32,000 nt of DNA from Planctopirus limnophila DSM 3776 (GCF_000092105.1 NC_014148.1:2820001-2852000); one strand, 5' to 3'. Counted from the first letter of the stretch, positions 16,292-25,671 are shown. Notes: generated from the sequence alone by a model not told the origin. A program made the numbers and translations.

Positions 16292-19033
16292 ATGGCAGGA
16301 TCGCCGTTTGATGTGTTTCGTCGCAATCAAAAAACATTCATGGTCGCAGTCACCTGCATGGCCATGTTTTCGTTCATCTTCTTCGATCAGTCGACCATGG
16401 GAAGTGGCGAACTTCCCATTACATTAGCGGTCGCCCTGATGGCTCTCATCTGCGGCGGTGGCATGTGGTTTGTCGGTGCCCAGCGCGGCAAAGGGACGGA
16501 ATACGGCTTAGGTGGTGCTGCGGTTGGTGCGATCTGTGCACTCATCGGATTGACCACCGTGCGCGGCGACGTCCCTATGGTCACCACCACGCTGCGCAGC
16601 TATACCGAGAGCGACCTGCTGACAGCTCGCCGCAATCGCATGATTGCCGAACAGTTTGTCCAGACAGTCGTGGATCCTGTTTATCGACAGAAGAACGCTT
16701 CCGAGTTTCAGGATGGTTATTTCGGGTCACTCGATCCTTCGGATCTGGTGCTCAAAGATGTCTTTCTGGCCGAGGCCAGGCAGCAGAATATCGTGCTCGA
16801 TGATGCTGCTGTGGACCGCTTCATTCGCCGCATTACGGATGAAAAGCTGAGTGCTGAGGATTTCCGCAAAGTCATTCGTCGCTTGAATATCGACGAAAGC
16901 CGACTGTTCGAAGTGATCAAAAGCGAGCTGACCGCAAATCTCGCAGCCCGCCTGTTGCGGCCACCAGTTGCTCGCCAGGGTGTTGTCACCACTCTCACGC
17001 CCACACCAGATCAGTATTGGGCCGAGTTTGAGAAGCTCAATCTCAAGGAAGAGCTGCGCGTCGCTGCACTCCCTGTCGTGGCTTTCGTCGGCGAACTTCC
17101 CGAACCGACCAATGCCGAACTCACTGCATTCTTCAATAAGTATAAGGACAAGTTCCCTACACCCACCGGGACACCGGGATTTCTGCAGCCTCCGAAAGTC
17201 TCTCTCGGTTCATTGGCAGCCGATTTTGAAGTCTTCGAGAATGAAGTCGTCCGCCCGACAGAAGACGAATTGCGACTCTTCTACGAGCAGAATAAGCCTC
17301 GATTCAGGGCTCGCAATCTGCCGAATGACATGCCCTCGACGGGGACTGCTCCAGCAGATGGCACCGCACCGGCCGCAGACGCAGCCAGTGCACTGAACCC
17401 TGCAAACAGCAGTAAGCCTGCCACCGAAGGCACGCCTTCCGAAAAACCTGCAGCAACTCCAGAATCCCCAGCTCCTGAGAAAAAATCGGAGCCGGAAACG
17501 AAAGCAGAGCCTGCAAAAGAGTCTCCTGCTCCTGCCGGGACAACAGAATCGACTCCTCCATCACCCACCGCCCCATCACCAACGGAACCTGTTGCCCCAG
17601 CACCGGCAAGTCCCGCAGCACCAGAAATCAAGCCCAGCCCGGAACCCGATCCTCTGGCAAGTCTGATGCAAGAGTCGGCTGCTGTACCTGTCGTTCAAGA
17701 GGGGAACACGGCACCTTCGTCAACTCCCGAGGCGGCCCCTGCAACCACGCCTGCAAAGGCTGATGCACCCGCCAAAAGTGAGGCCACACCCGCAGAGCCA
17801 GCAACTCCGGAACAACCTCCTGCCACAGGAACGGCCACCCCGCCAGCAACGAATGGCCCATCCACCTCGCCGCTGATGATTGACCCGACTCTGCCTGCAG
17901 GAACTGTGCTCGATAATCTTCCCGGGACAGTCGCCAAAGATGCGATTCAGCCCTTTGAAGATGTCCGGAATCAAATCGAAGAAATGATTCTCAAAGAACG
18001 TGCCTTCGCTGCCATGCGAGCGGCGATCAGCAACGCATCCAGCGAAATTGAAACCGCATTGCGGCTCTACCCGACTCCTGTCGAAGGCGACAAAGTTGAC
18101 GAAGCCAAGCGTACTGCCGCCATGGCCGAGATCGCCACAAAAGTCAAAGAGATCGCCGGCAAGCACAAGCTCAAGTATGAAGAAACATCCCACCTCTCGG
18201 AGATGGAACTGCGTGCAAAAACCGCTGGCCATATCGGTGTCGCGCTGGAAACGACTCTGGATCGAAATCCAAACCAGCAACCAGTCCCCGTCCACACAGC
18301 GGCCTTCAAGATTGATCCTTTCCGATCTCGATTTGCGGAAGATCGCCTGGTGAACCGGGACTTCATCTACTGGGTCATCGAACGCAAGCCGTCAAGAGTA
18401 CCCGAACTATCCGATGGCCCGGTCAAGGACATGGTTGTGGAAGCCTGGAAGCGAGAAAAAGCTCGTGAACTCGCTGAAAAGCGTGCCTCGGAACTCGTAA
18501 AGCTGGCCAAAGAAGGTAACAAGCCACTAGCTGATATTGTGAAGGACCAAACCATCACGGGCAAGCCAGAGTCACCCGTCATCACACTGCGCGATACCAA
18601 TGCCTTCTCCTGGATGACTGTCGATTCCAGCAATCCTCAGATGAGTTTCTTCAAGGCCTTCCTCCGACCTGCTCTTTCGAATGTTACCGGAGTGACCGGA
18701 GCCGGGAATGATTTTATGAGAACGGTTTTCCAGGACCTCCAGCCTGGTCAGGTCGGTGCTGCTCTCAATCAGGATCGATCGATTGTTTATCTGGTCGAAG
18801 TCACCAAGCGAGCCGGCCTCCCCGATTCGGGACTGACTTCACTAGAAGAACTGCGTTCTGAGTATCTGGCGACATCCTTTATTCCAGAAAAATCACAGTT
18901 TAATTTGCCCACGACGTATCAATATCTGACAGAGGGTCAGAGCATGGAACTGCAGCAAAGGTGGTTTGACGAATTGCGAACGCGCTTCGACGTCAAATTC
19001 AGCGACGGCGAAGTGGAATTCATTGAAGAGTAA
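16292..19033 (+). CDS. PpiD/SurA-like periplasmic chaperone-type membrane protein with a Pro/Ala/Thr/Glu-rich linker of about 180 aa
   Basis: The ATG at 16292 follows AGGA with a 7-nt gap (the track start at 16262 is TTG). The N-terminus is MAGSPFDVFRRNQKTFMVAVTCMAMFSFIFF (TM anchor) followed by a second TM. There are SurA-N/PpiD-like blocks (DAAVDRFIRRI..., FEDVRNQIEEMILKERA) and a degenerate parvulin-like C-terminus (LQPGQVGAALNQDRSIVYLVEVTKR). The family call is from memory only. Confidence 0.55.
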   Translation: MAGSPFDVFRRNQKTFMVAVTCMAMFSFIFFDQSTMGSGELPITLAVALMALICGGGMWFVGAQRGKGTEYGLGGAAVGAICALIGLTTVRGDVPMVTTTLRSYTESDLLTARRNRMIAEQFVQTVVDPVYRQKNASEFQDGYFGSLDPSDLVLKDVFLAEARQQNIVLDDAAVDRFIRRITDEKLSAEDFRKVIRRLNIDESRLFEVIKSELTANLAARLLRPPVARQGVVTTLTPTPDQYWAEFEKLNLKEELRVAALPVVAFVGELPEPTNAELTAFFNKYKDKFPTPTGTPGFLQPPKVSLGSLAADFEVFENEVVRPTEDELRLFYEQNKPRFRARNLPNDMPSTGTAPADGTAPAADAASALNPANSSKPATEGTPSEKPAATPESPAPEKKSEPETKAEPAKESPAPAGTTESTPPSPTAPSPTEPVAPAPASPAAPEIKPSPEPDPLASLMQESAAVPVVQEGNTAPSSTPEAAPATTPAKADAPAKSEATPAEPATPEQPPATGTATPPATNGPSTSPLMIDPTLPAGTVLDNLPGTVAKDAIQPFEDVRNQIEEMILKERAFAAMRAAISNASSEIETALRLYPTPVEGDKVDEAKRTAAMAEIATKVKEIAGKHKLKYEETSHLSEMELRAKTAGHIGVALETTLDRNPNQQPVPVHTAAFKIDPFRSRFAEDRLVNRDFIYWVIERKPSRVPELSDGPVKDMVVEAWKREKARELAEKRASELVKLAKEGNKPLADIVKDQTITGKPESPVITLRDTNAFSWMTVDSSNPQMSFFKAFLRPALSNVTGVTGAGNDFMRTVFQDLQPGQVGAALNQDRSIVYLVEVTKRAGLPDSGLTSLEELRSEYLATSFIPEKSQFNLPTTYQYLTEGQSMELQQRWFDELRTRFDVKFSDGEVEFIEE

Positions 19034-19050
19034 CCTTCTAAAAGAAGGTT
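19032..19050 (+). terminator. Short hairpin overlapping the stop codon of the chaperone-like gene
   Basis: AACCTTCT-aaa-AGAAGGTT (8-bp stem, 3-nt loop) is followed by CTCTGG. There is no real U-tract. Confidence 0.3.
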
Positions 19051-19250
19051 CTCTGGAAATGTGATTTTCCTCTGAAGGTCATTTTGCCAGGTCGGGATCA
19101 ACTGTCAGTCTGATTCCTGCTTCGTATTTTGCTTCAGTCATTCTTCTGGCAGAGTGCTTTGAACTGGCCCTGAAGCCTGATCGTCTGCAATAGAGAACGA
19201 AGTCAAAATTTGAGTCTGATGCACGATTGTCATCCAGAAGGATATCACTC

Positions 19251-20036
19251 ATGGTGACATTTGCGGAAAATCAACCCGTGTCAAAAGCGGCCTCGCAGCC
19301 AACAACTACCGGTCGACCGATGATTGAGGCCCGTGGCCTCAGCAAGTTTTACGGCCAGTTCGCAGCCGTCAGAGACGTATCGTTTTCGGTTCCTGTGGGG
19401 CAGGTCTGCGCATTTCTCGGGCCTAACGGTGCCGGTAAATCGACGACCATGAAGATGCTCACTGGCTATCTGGCACCGACCGAAGGCTCAGCATTTTTAG
19501 CTGGCCATTGCATGGAGACAGATCGTCTGGCAGCGGCTCCGCTCTTAGGTTATCTCCCGGAGAACGGGCCACTGTATCTGGAGATGACACCCGAATCGAT
19601 GCTGCGTTTCGCAGGTCAGACACGCGGTATGGTCGCCTCATTACTGCAGAGTCGTCTGGAGTATGTGGCGAACCGCTGCTCATTGACCTCTGTCTGGCGA
19701 AAGCCAATTTCCAAGCTTTCCAAAGGTTATCGGCAGCGCGTCGGTATGGCTCAGGCCCTGCTCCATGATCCACAAGTTCTCATTCTTGACGAGCCGACCA
19801 GCGGTCTTGATCCCAATCAAACCCATGATGTTCGCGAACTGATTCTCAGTCTGGCCAAAACTAAAACGATCCTCCTTTCAACGCATATTCTGACGGAAGT
19901 GACAGCCGTCTGTTCTCATGTGGTGCTGATCAATGAAGGTCGGCTGGTCTTTAACGGCTCACTATCAGAAATGGTCGCAAATGCCGAAATGGAAACTCGT
20001 TTTCGCCAATTGACCGTCGGTGGACGCACCCCTTAA
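19251..20036 (+). CDS. ABC transporter ATP-binding protein (GldA-like position in the operon)
   Basis: Walker A GPNGAGKST, Q-loop, signature LSKGYRQR, Walker B LILDEPTSGLD and an H-loop STH. The ATG at 19251 is preceded by GAAGGA. The track start at 19227 is TTG. Confidence 0.92.
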   Translation: MVTFAENQPVSKAASQPTTTGRPMIEARGLSKFYGQFAAVRDVSFSVPVGQVCAFLGPNGAGKSTTMKMLTGYLAPTEGSAFLAGHCMETDRLAAAPLLGYLPENGPLYLEMTPESMLRFAGQTRGMVASLLQSRLEYVANRCSLTSVWRKPISKLSKGYRQRVGMAQALLHDPQVLILDEPTSGLDPNQTHDVRELILSLAKTKTILLSTHILTEVTAVCSHVVLINEGRLVFNGSLSEMVANAEMETRFRQLTVGGRTP

Positions 20037-20173
20037 GGCACGTCTTTTCTGACTCTGTGAGTTGCTGACGATCAACGTCTTTCTTCGATGTCGTAGGGTC
20101 TTCAAATCGGGTGGCATCACTGAATTTTCGAATCAGGTGACTGCCCGAATTCGAGCTGAGGGAACTGGCAACT

Positions 20174-22849
20174 ATGCTTCGGTCTCATGTCATTTTTTCC
20201 ATTTTCCAGCGTAACTTCTGGAGCTATTTTTCGGGAGCCATCGGTTATCTCTTTATTATGGTCTTCGTCTCGGCTGGTGCCTGGTTCGCCTTCCGGGAGG
20301 AGTTTTTCACCTATAATCAGGCCAACCTCGCTCAACTGAATCTCTACTTTCCCCAACTGTTACTGTTCGTGGTTCCTGCCATCACCATGAGTGTCTGGTC
20401 GGAAGAACGTAAGCTCGGGACAGATGAACTTCTCTTTACCTTGCCCGTCTCGGATATCGAAGTCCTGCTTGGTAAGTATCTGGCAGTGATTGGGGTCTAT
20501 TCTGTCACGTTGATTTTTTCACTGACTCACTGCCTTGTACTGCTGATGATTGGGAATCCGGATATCTGGCAACTCGCTGCCAATTATCTCGGTTTCTGGC
20601 TGGCCGGATGTGCTCTGCTCAGTGCCGGGATGCTCGCCTCTTATCTGACGAGCAGTGCGACAGTCGCCTTCATCATCGGCCTGGTGCTCTGCCTGCCTGC
20701 CGTCTTCATTATGAATGTCCCGATCCCTGCTCCGTTTTCGTCACTCTTTGGAAACGAACTTTCACTCGAAACATTCGGGATTCGATATCACTTCCAGCCG
20801 TTTGGCAACGGGATCGTCCGCTTCTCATCGCTCGTCTATTTCGGCTCATTCACCATTCTCATGCTCTACATCAACCGCGTCTTGATCGGTTATCGACACT
20901 GGTCAGGAGGCAAGAATGGTTCTGCGATGGGCTGGCAATATCTGATTCGAACCGTCTCATTGGCAGTCGCCTTGATATCTCTCAACCTGATTCTGGCGAA
21001 TGCTAACTTTGCATTCGATTTTACCCAGGAAAAACTCTACACCATCAGTCCGACCACGCGTCAGACCTTGACCTCTATCAATACCGATCGGCCTGTCACA
21101 ATCCAGGCATTTGTCAGTCGGCAAGTGCCACGCGAATATGCTTCTGTCCGTACTTCATTGATTGGGCTTTTGGGCCAGTACGCACAGATTGGTCGAGGGA
21201 AACTTTCCGTTCGCATTGTCGATGTTGAACCCTTCAGTGAAGCCGCCGAAGAAGCCAAGGCGTTCGGCATCGAGGCCCGCAAAGTTCAATCCGAACGTGG
21301 TGGTCGCATTCAGATGGAAGATGTCTATCTGGGTGCAGTGATCAACAGTGGTGCCAATGAAGTGGTGATCCCGTTCTTTGATGTCGCACTTCCCATTGAA
21401 TACGAACTGACGCGTTCGATTCAGACGGTCTCGGAAGAGAAAAGAAAGACGGTCGGCATTCTGGAAACAGATGCCAAACTGATGGGTGGGTTCGACATGC
21501 AGTCGTTCCGCAATTCGCCCGAATGGCGGATCGTCACGGAACTCAAAAAGCAGTACAACGTCGAATCGGTTTCACCAGCTGCGGCGATCGACGACAAAAA
21601 ATATGACGTCCTGATTGCAGTGCTCCCCTCATCACTTTCGACACCCGATATGGGGAACCTCGTCGATTATGTTCGCAAAGGGCGACCCACGCTCATTTTT
21701 GACGATCCGATTCCTGCGACCAATGTCGAACTGGCACCTCGCCAGCCGCGACCTCGCGCAGGAGGAATGATGGGTGGCATGTCACCTCCTGGCGAACCCA
21801 AGGCCGATGGTGGTAAAGCGACGTCTCTGGTCAACCTGCTGGGGATTCAATGGAATTATGACGAGGTCGTGTTTGACAATACGATCAAAGTCCTACACCC
21901 CGAATTCTCCGACGTCGTTCGCCCGGAAATTGTGGCGATCAGTACCAAAAGTGGCGTCAAGAACGCCTTCTCGATGACCAGCCCCGTGACCAGCGGCTTG
22001 CAGGAAGTCCTGCTGTTTTTCTCGGGCACCATTCGTAAGCGTGATAAAGCCAACGTGAAAGTCACGCCTTTGATGCAGACGGGACCCGATTCCGGATTGA
22101 TTGGCTGGGCTGAACTGGTGCGGCCCGGGTTCTTTGGCGGCGGACTGCAGATTGTGGAGGATCCCCCCCGCATGAAGGATGAGTATTCCCATATCGTCGC
22201 ATGCCGAATTGAGGGTGATACCGCCGCTGGCGGCCCGCCTGTGAATGTGATTTACGTGGCGGATACTGACCTGATTGCTGACTGGTTCTTCCAGGTTCGC
22301 GAACGCCGCCTGCTGAATCTTGATCTCGACAACGTGACCTTCGTGCTGAATGCCGTCGATCTGCTGGCTGATGACCAGACCTTCATCGATCTGCGCAAAC
22401 GCCGTGCAAAAGCTCGGACATTAACTGCCGTCGAACGGCAGACCGCTCCCTTCGTCAAGCAACGCTCCGACGAGCAGCAAAAAGCGAACGAAGAGGCCAA
22501 GCAGGCACTCGATCAGGCCAAAGAACGCTTGAAAGCGGAAGTCGAAAAGATCCGCAAGGATGATTCGCTCGATGATATTGCGAAGCTGCAGGCGCTCTCC
22601 ATTGCTCAGGAAAGCGAAACGCGGAAAGTCCAGGTCGCTGAAAGTAACATCGAACAGTTGAAACAGCAGAAGCTGGAAAAAAATCAGCGACAAACCGACC
22701 GACAGATTCGTGTGGTCGAGCAAAATTTCTTCCTGGCTGCATTTCTGCTCGCTCCGATCCCCCCCGCAATCCTCGGTCTGCTCGTATTAATGATCAGACT
22801 TCGCAACGAACAGAATGACATCACCCCCTCGCGCCGGATTAAGTCCTAA
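20174..22849 (+). CDS. Fusion of an ABC-2 type permease (GldF/NosY-like) with a GldG-like ABC auxiliary domain, a coiled coil and a C-terminal TM
   Basis: The N-terminal ~270 aa are multi-TM and carry the ABC-2 motif VWSEERKLGTDELLFTLPVS. A large soluble region resembles GldG/ABC_transp_aux (TSINTDRPVTIQAFVS..., LGQYAQIGRGKLSVRIVD, YDVLIAVLP). The C-terminus is a coiled coil (QQKANEEAKQALDQAKERLKAEVEKIRKDD...) followed by a TM segment FLAAFLLAPIPPAILGLLVLMI. Confidence 0.75.
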   Translation: MLRSHVIFSIFQRNFWSYFSGAIGYLFIMVFVSAGAWFAFREEFFTYNQANLAQLNLYFPQLLLFVVPAITMSVWSEERKLGTDELLFTLPVSDIEVLLGKYLAVIGVYSVTLIFSLTHCLVLLMIGNPDIWQLAANYLGFWLAGCALLSAGMLASYLTSSATVAFIIGLVLCLPAVFIMNVPIPAPFSSLFGNELSLETFGIRYHFQPFGNGIVRFSSLVYFGSFTILMLYINRVLIGYRHWSGGKNGSAMGWQYLIRTVSLAVALISLNLILANANFAFDFTQEKLYTISPTTRQTLTSINTDRPVTIQAFVSRQVPREYASVRTSLIGLLGQYAQIGRGKLSVRIVDVEPFSEAAEEAKAFGIEARKVQSERGGRIQMEDVYLGAVINSGANEVVIPFFDVALPIEYELTRSIQTVSEEKRKTVGILETDAKLMGGFDMQSFRNSPEWRIVTELKKQYNVESVSPAAAIDDKKYDVLIAVLPSSLSTPDMGNLVDYVRKGRPTLIFDDPIPATNVELAPRQPRPRAGGMMGGMSPPGEPKADGGKATSLVNLLGIQWNYDEVVFDNTIKVLHPEFSDVVRPEIVAISTKSGVKNAFSMTSPVTSGLQEVLLFFSGTIRKRDKANVKVTPLMQTGPDSGLIGWAELVRPGFFGGGLQIVEDPPRMKDEYSHIVACRIEGDTAAGGPPVNVIYVADTDLIADWFFQVRERRLLNLDLDNVTFVLNAVDLLADDQTFIDLRKRRAKARTLTAVERQTAPFVKQRSDEQQKANEEAKQALDQAKERLKAEVEKIRKDDSLDDIAKLQALSIAQESETRKVQVAESNIEQLKQQKLEKNQRQTDRQIRVVEQNFFLAAFLLAPIPPAILGLLVLMIRLRNEQNDITPSRRIKS

Positions 22850-22886
22850 AGCATCTTTCGCAAGGGTTTATCAAAACAAAGCATCC

Positions 22887-22943
22887 CTCGACCTGGTTTG
22901 AGAAACTTACAGCATGAAGTTTTTCAGTTCACTCCAGGTCGAG
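22887..22943 (+). repeat. 10-bp perfect inverted repeat between the GldFG fusion gene and the DUF4340-like gene
   Basis: CTCGACCTGG at 22887-22896 pairs with CCAGGTCGAG at 22934-22943 across a 37-nt loop. Confidence 0.6.
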
Positions 22944-23056
22944 AAACATCTGGAAGTAACAGAGGTATAGAGCCTCTCATTCCGCCAAGAAATTCAACTC
23001 GACAGCCAACTGCTGAAATCCCCATTGAAGTCAGTTTGTCTGAATAGGTCATCACT

Positions 23057-24697
23057 ATGCGAGAAACACAGCGAACTCTAATTTTTGCCGGTGTGGCTTT
23101 AGTCGCTCTGGTGGCCGCACTTTTCGCTGGGCCATCGACTCCCAAGCCCCCCAAGGATTTTGACTCGGTCGGTAAGGAATTCTTCCCGGAATTCACTAAC
23201 GCCTCGGATGCGAAATCTCTGGAGGTTGTCTCCTATGATAAGGAAACCGCCGAGGCCCGAGTTTTTGCCGTCGACTTCAAAGATGGCGTCTGGAGAATTC
23301 CATCGAGACACAACTATCCGGCTGATGGCAAAGACCGCCTCGCGAAAACCGCTGTGTCCATGTCTGGCATCAAACGTGAGAAGCTGATCAGTCGGCAGCC
23401 CTCTCAATATGGTGACTTCGATGTCATCGACCCGCTCTCCGAGGATACAACTCAACTGACCGGTCGCGGCCAGCGAATCACCCTAAAAGACGAGAATGGT
23501 AAAGTTCTGGCCTCCTATGTGATTGGTAAAGCTGTTCCCGGCCACAATGGCCAGTTTTACATTCGTCCACTCGACTCCAATGACAAGAATGTCTATGCAG
23601 CCAAGCTGAACATCAATCTCTCAACTCGATTTGCCGATTGGATTGAGCCTGACCTGCTCAAACTTGAAGCGAATAACATCAAGACCATTATTATCGATAA
23701 ATACACAGTGGATGAGAACCGCGGTCGATTGATGGGCCGCGAGACGAATCAACTGACCCGAGAAAAGCCGACGGACCCCTGGGTCATGACAGGTCTTGAC
23801 CCTTCCAAAGAGGAAGTGAATGAGACCGAGATGAAAAAACTGGTCGATGGCCTCGACAATCTGAAAATTGTCGGTGTCCGCCCCAAGCCAGCGAGACTCA
23901 GCCGCGATCTGAAGTTTGACAAAGGCATTGCCATCGACCCAGCCACTCAAATGGATTTACTTTCCAGTGGCTTCTTCCCTGTCAAATCGGAAGACGGAAC
24001 GTCCGAGATCTACTCCAAAGAAGGTGATCTCGTGTCTATGACCGACGAGGGTGTGGTCTATGTCCTGCGGTTTGGCAATGTCTTTAACGGGACCGAAGAG
24101 GAAGTGGAATTTGGCTTCGCCAATCGAGACGAATCCAAAGATACCGACACGAAGAAGGTCGATGAGAATTCGAACGATCCCAAGGCCACCCAGCCAGCCA
24201 GTACCGATCCTTCCAAGGCGAAGAATCGGTATCTGTTTGTGATGGCACAGTTTAATCCTGAGGCCTTAGGGCCCAAGCCCACACCGCCTGTTGAACCCAA
24301 ACCGTTTGTCATGCCGGAGGGTGTAAAACCTGCGGATTCCGCCACGACAGCCGATGGCCCAGCCAGTGCGACCGCTCCAGCCAATACGACCTTAAGTGCT
24401 GATGACATCGCCGCTGCCCAGAAAGCCGCCGCCGAAGCACAGGCCCGTTTTATGGAAGAGACTCGCAAGTACAAGGACGAGCTGCAGGAATGGGAAACGA
24501 AGAAAATGTTTGGCGAAAAACAGGTCAAGCAGCTCAATCAGCGTTTTGCGGATTGGTACTATGTGATCAGTTCTGACAGTTTCGACGCGTTGCAACAGGG
24601 TCGTAAAACACTCATTCAACCCAAAAAAGCTGAAGAAACCACCGGTCAACCGGCTGCACCCACCCCACCGGGAATCACACTTCCAGGGGCTCCATAA
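23057..24697 (+). CDS. DUF4340-like membrane-anchored protein (usual partner of GldG-type ABC systems)
   Basis: N-terminal anchor TLIFAGVALVALVAALFAG. The beta-rich repeats read like DUF4340 (SLEVVSYDKETAEARVFAVDFKDGVWRIPSRHNYPAD, ITLKDENGKVLASYVIGKAV). The position directly after a GldG-like gene also fits. The C-terminus has a Pro/Ala-rich segment plus a coiled coil. The family call is from memory. Confidence 0.6.
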   Translation: MRETQRTLIFAGVALVALVAALFAGPSTPKPPKDFDSVGKEFFPEFTNASDAKSLEVVSYDKETAEARVFAVDFKDGVWRIPSRHNYPADGKDRLAKTAVSMSGIKREKLISRQPSQYGDFDVIDPLSEDTTQLTGRGQRITLKDENGKVLASYVIGKAVPGHNGQFYIRPLDSNDKNVYAAKLNINLSTRFADWIEPDLLKLEANNIKTIIIDKYTVDENRGRLMGRETNQLTREKPTDPWVMTGLDPSKEEVNETEMKKLVDGLDNLKIVGVRPKPARLSRDLKFDKGIAIDPATQMDLLSSGFFPVKSEDGTSEIYSKEGDLVSMTDEGVVYVLRFGNVFNGTEEEVEFGFANRDESKDTDTKKVDENSNDPKATQPASTDPSKAKNRYLFVMAQFNPEALGPKPTPPVEPKPFVMPEGVKPADSATTADGPASATAPANTTLSADDIAAAQKAAAEAQARFMEETRKYKDELQEWETKKMFGEKQVKQLNQRFADWYYVISSDSFDALQQGRKTLIQPKKAEETTGQPAAPTPPGITLPGAP

Positions 24698-24965
24698 ACC
24701 ATCGCCTTGATTGAGATTTGTCAGCGTACTGGCAGAATCGGTCAACTTTGGCTGCTTGCGAGCAGAAAAAACTCCGTGATTCCCTGAGATGTTGTGTGCC
24801 AACCACCCACAACCGGCAGATCGAGGTCGATTGAATCCTCGCAAGCATCAACGCCAAAGAAGGTTATGACGAACTGGCAGAACTTTGCAGGTAAAAGCTG
24901 CCAGTCGAGTGATTCGCCAAAATTGAAGATAGTGCGATTGGCAGTTGTGCCGATATTTCCCCAAG

Positions 24966-25008
24966 TGAGGGCTGGCGTCTGATACTTGTCTGGTGCGCCC
25001 TCATTTTT
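24966..25008 (+). terminator. Terminator/attenuator-like hairpin plus T5 run immediately upstream of the thioredoxin-like gene
   Basis: TGAGGGC (24966-24972) pairs with GCCCTCA (24997-25003). TTTTT follows at 25004-25008, then GGGGG and the ATG at 25021. Confidence 0.4.
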
Positions 25009-25020
25009 GGGGGCCAAAAC

Positions 25021-25494
25021 ATGTATCGCCGGACATTCCTGCAGGCATTTGTCAGCACTTGTGCAGCACAACCGTTGCTGAGCCAGTTATCGATGGCTTC
25101 CGAGACCTCGAAGGTCAACTGGTTTACGGCACTTAAACCAGCCCATCAGCAGGCCCTTTCGAGGCAAAAACCCCTGCTGATTATCTTCGGTGCCAGCTGG
25201 TGCGGATTCTGCCATAAACTTGAGAAGGAAACCCTTGGGGAAAAACGGCTTGCGCAGTTTGTGATGCGCGAATTCGTACCCGTCAAACTCGATTTTGACA
25301 AGGACGATAAAGCGGCCAAGATTCTCGATGTCGAAGCCCTCCCGGCGACCGTCGTCATCAATACGGAAGCTGAACTTCTCGCTCGATCCACGGGATTTCA
25401 TGAGCCCGACAAATACGCAGAAATTCTGCAATCAGCCATTCGTCGGCAATCAGAAATCCTGCAGGCTCGCCATACACAGACCCGTCCCTCGTGA
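25021..25494 (+). CDS. Exported thioredoxin-fold protein (CxxC) with a Tat-like signal
   Basis: MYRRTFLQAFVSTCAAQPLLSQLSMA resembles the twin-arginine consensus RRxFL. The redox motif reads SWCGFCHKLEKE. The rest is thioredoxin-like: VPVKLDFDKDDKAAKILDVEALPATVVI. Confidence 0.8.
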   Translation: MYRRTFLQAFVSTCAAQPLLSQLSMASETSKVNWFTALKPAHQQALSRQKPLLIIFGASWCGFCHKLEKETLGEKRLAQFVMREFVPVKLDFDKDDKAAKILDVEALPATVVINTEAELLARSTGFHEPDKYAEILQSAIRRQSEILQARHTQTRPS

Positions 25495-25671
25495 AAAATC
25501 TTACTCAAGTCCCGTTTACTGCGATATTTCGGTCGTAGTCACCCACATCACATTTGCGGTTCGGGGCCGCTTATGGGATGATCTTGTTTGCCGTGGCAAG
25601 CAGTCCGGTTTGAGCGCAGCGTCCTGCGTTCCTGTGATCGCTTCCGGCATATCAATGGACTGCGAGAAGAT

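Noticed and set aside
17281-18366. Several 80-190-aa antisense ORFs opposite the Pro/Ala-rich linker
   Set aside because: The GC-rich, periodic low-complexity coding sequence keeps the opposite frames open. Their products are Gly/Ala/Ser repeats with no start-site signals.
24794-24982. 62-aa ORF in the leader upstream of the thioredoxin-like gene
   Set aside because: It has a GTG start with no RBS. The internal ATG has an SD only 2 nt away. The stop falls inside the terminator-like hairpin loop. An RNA-level function fits better, although a small peptide is not fully excluded.
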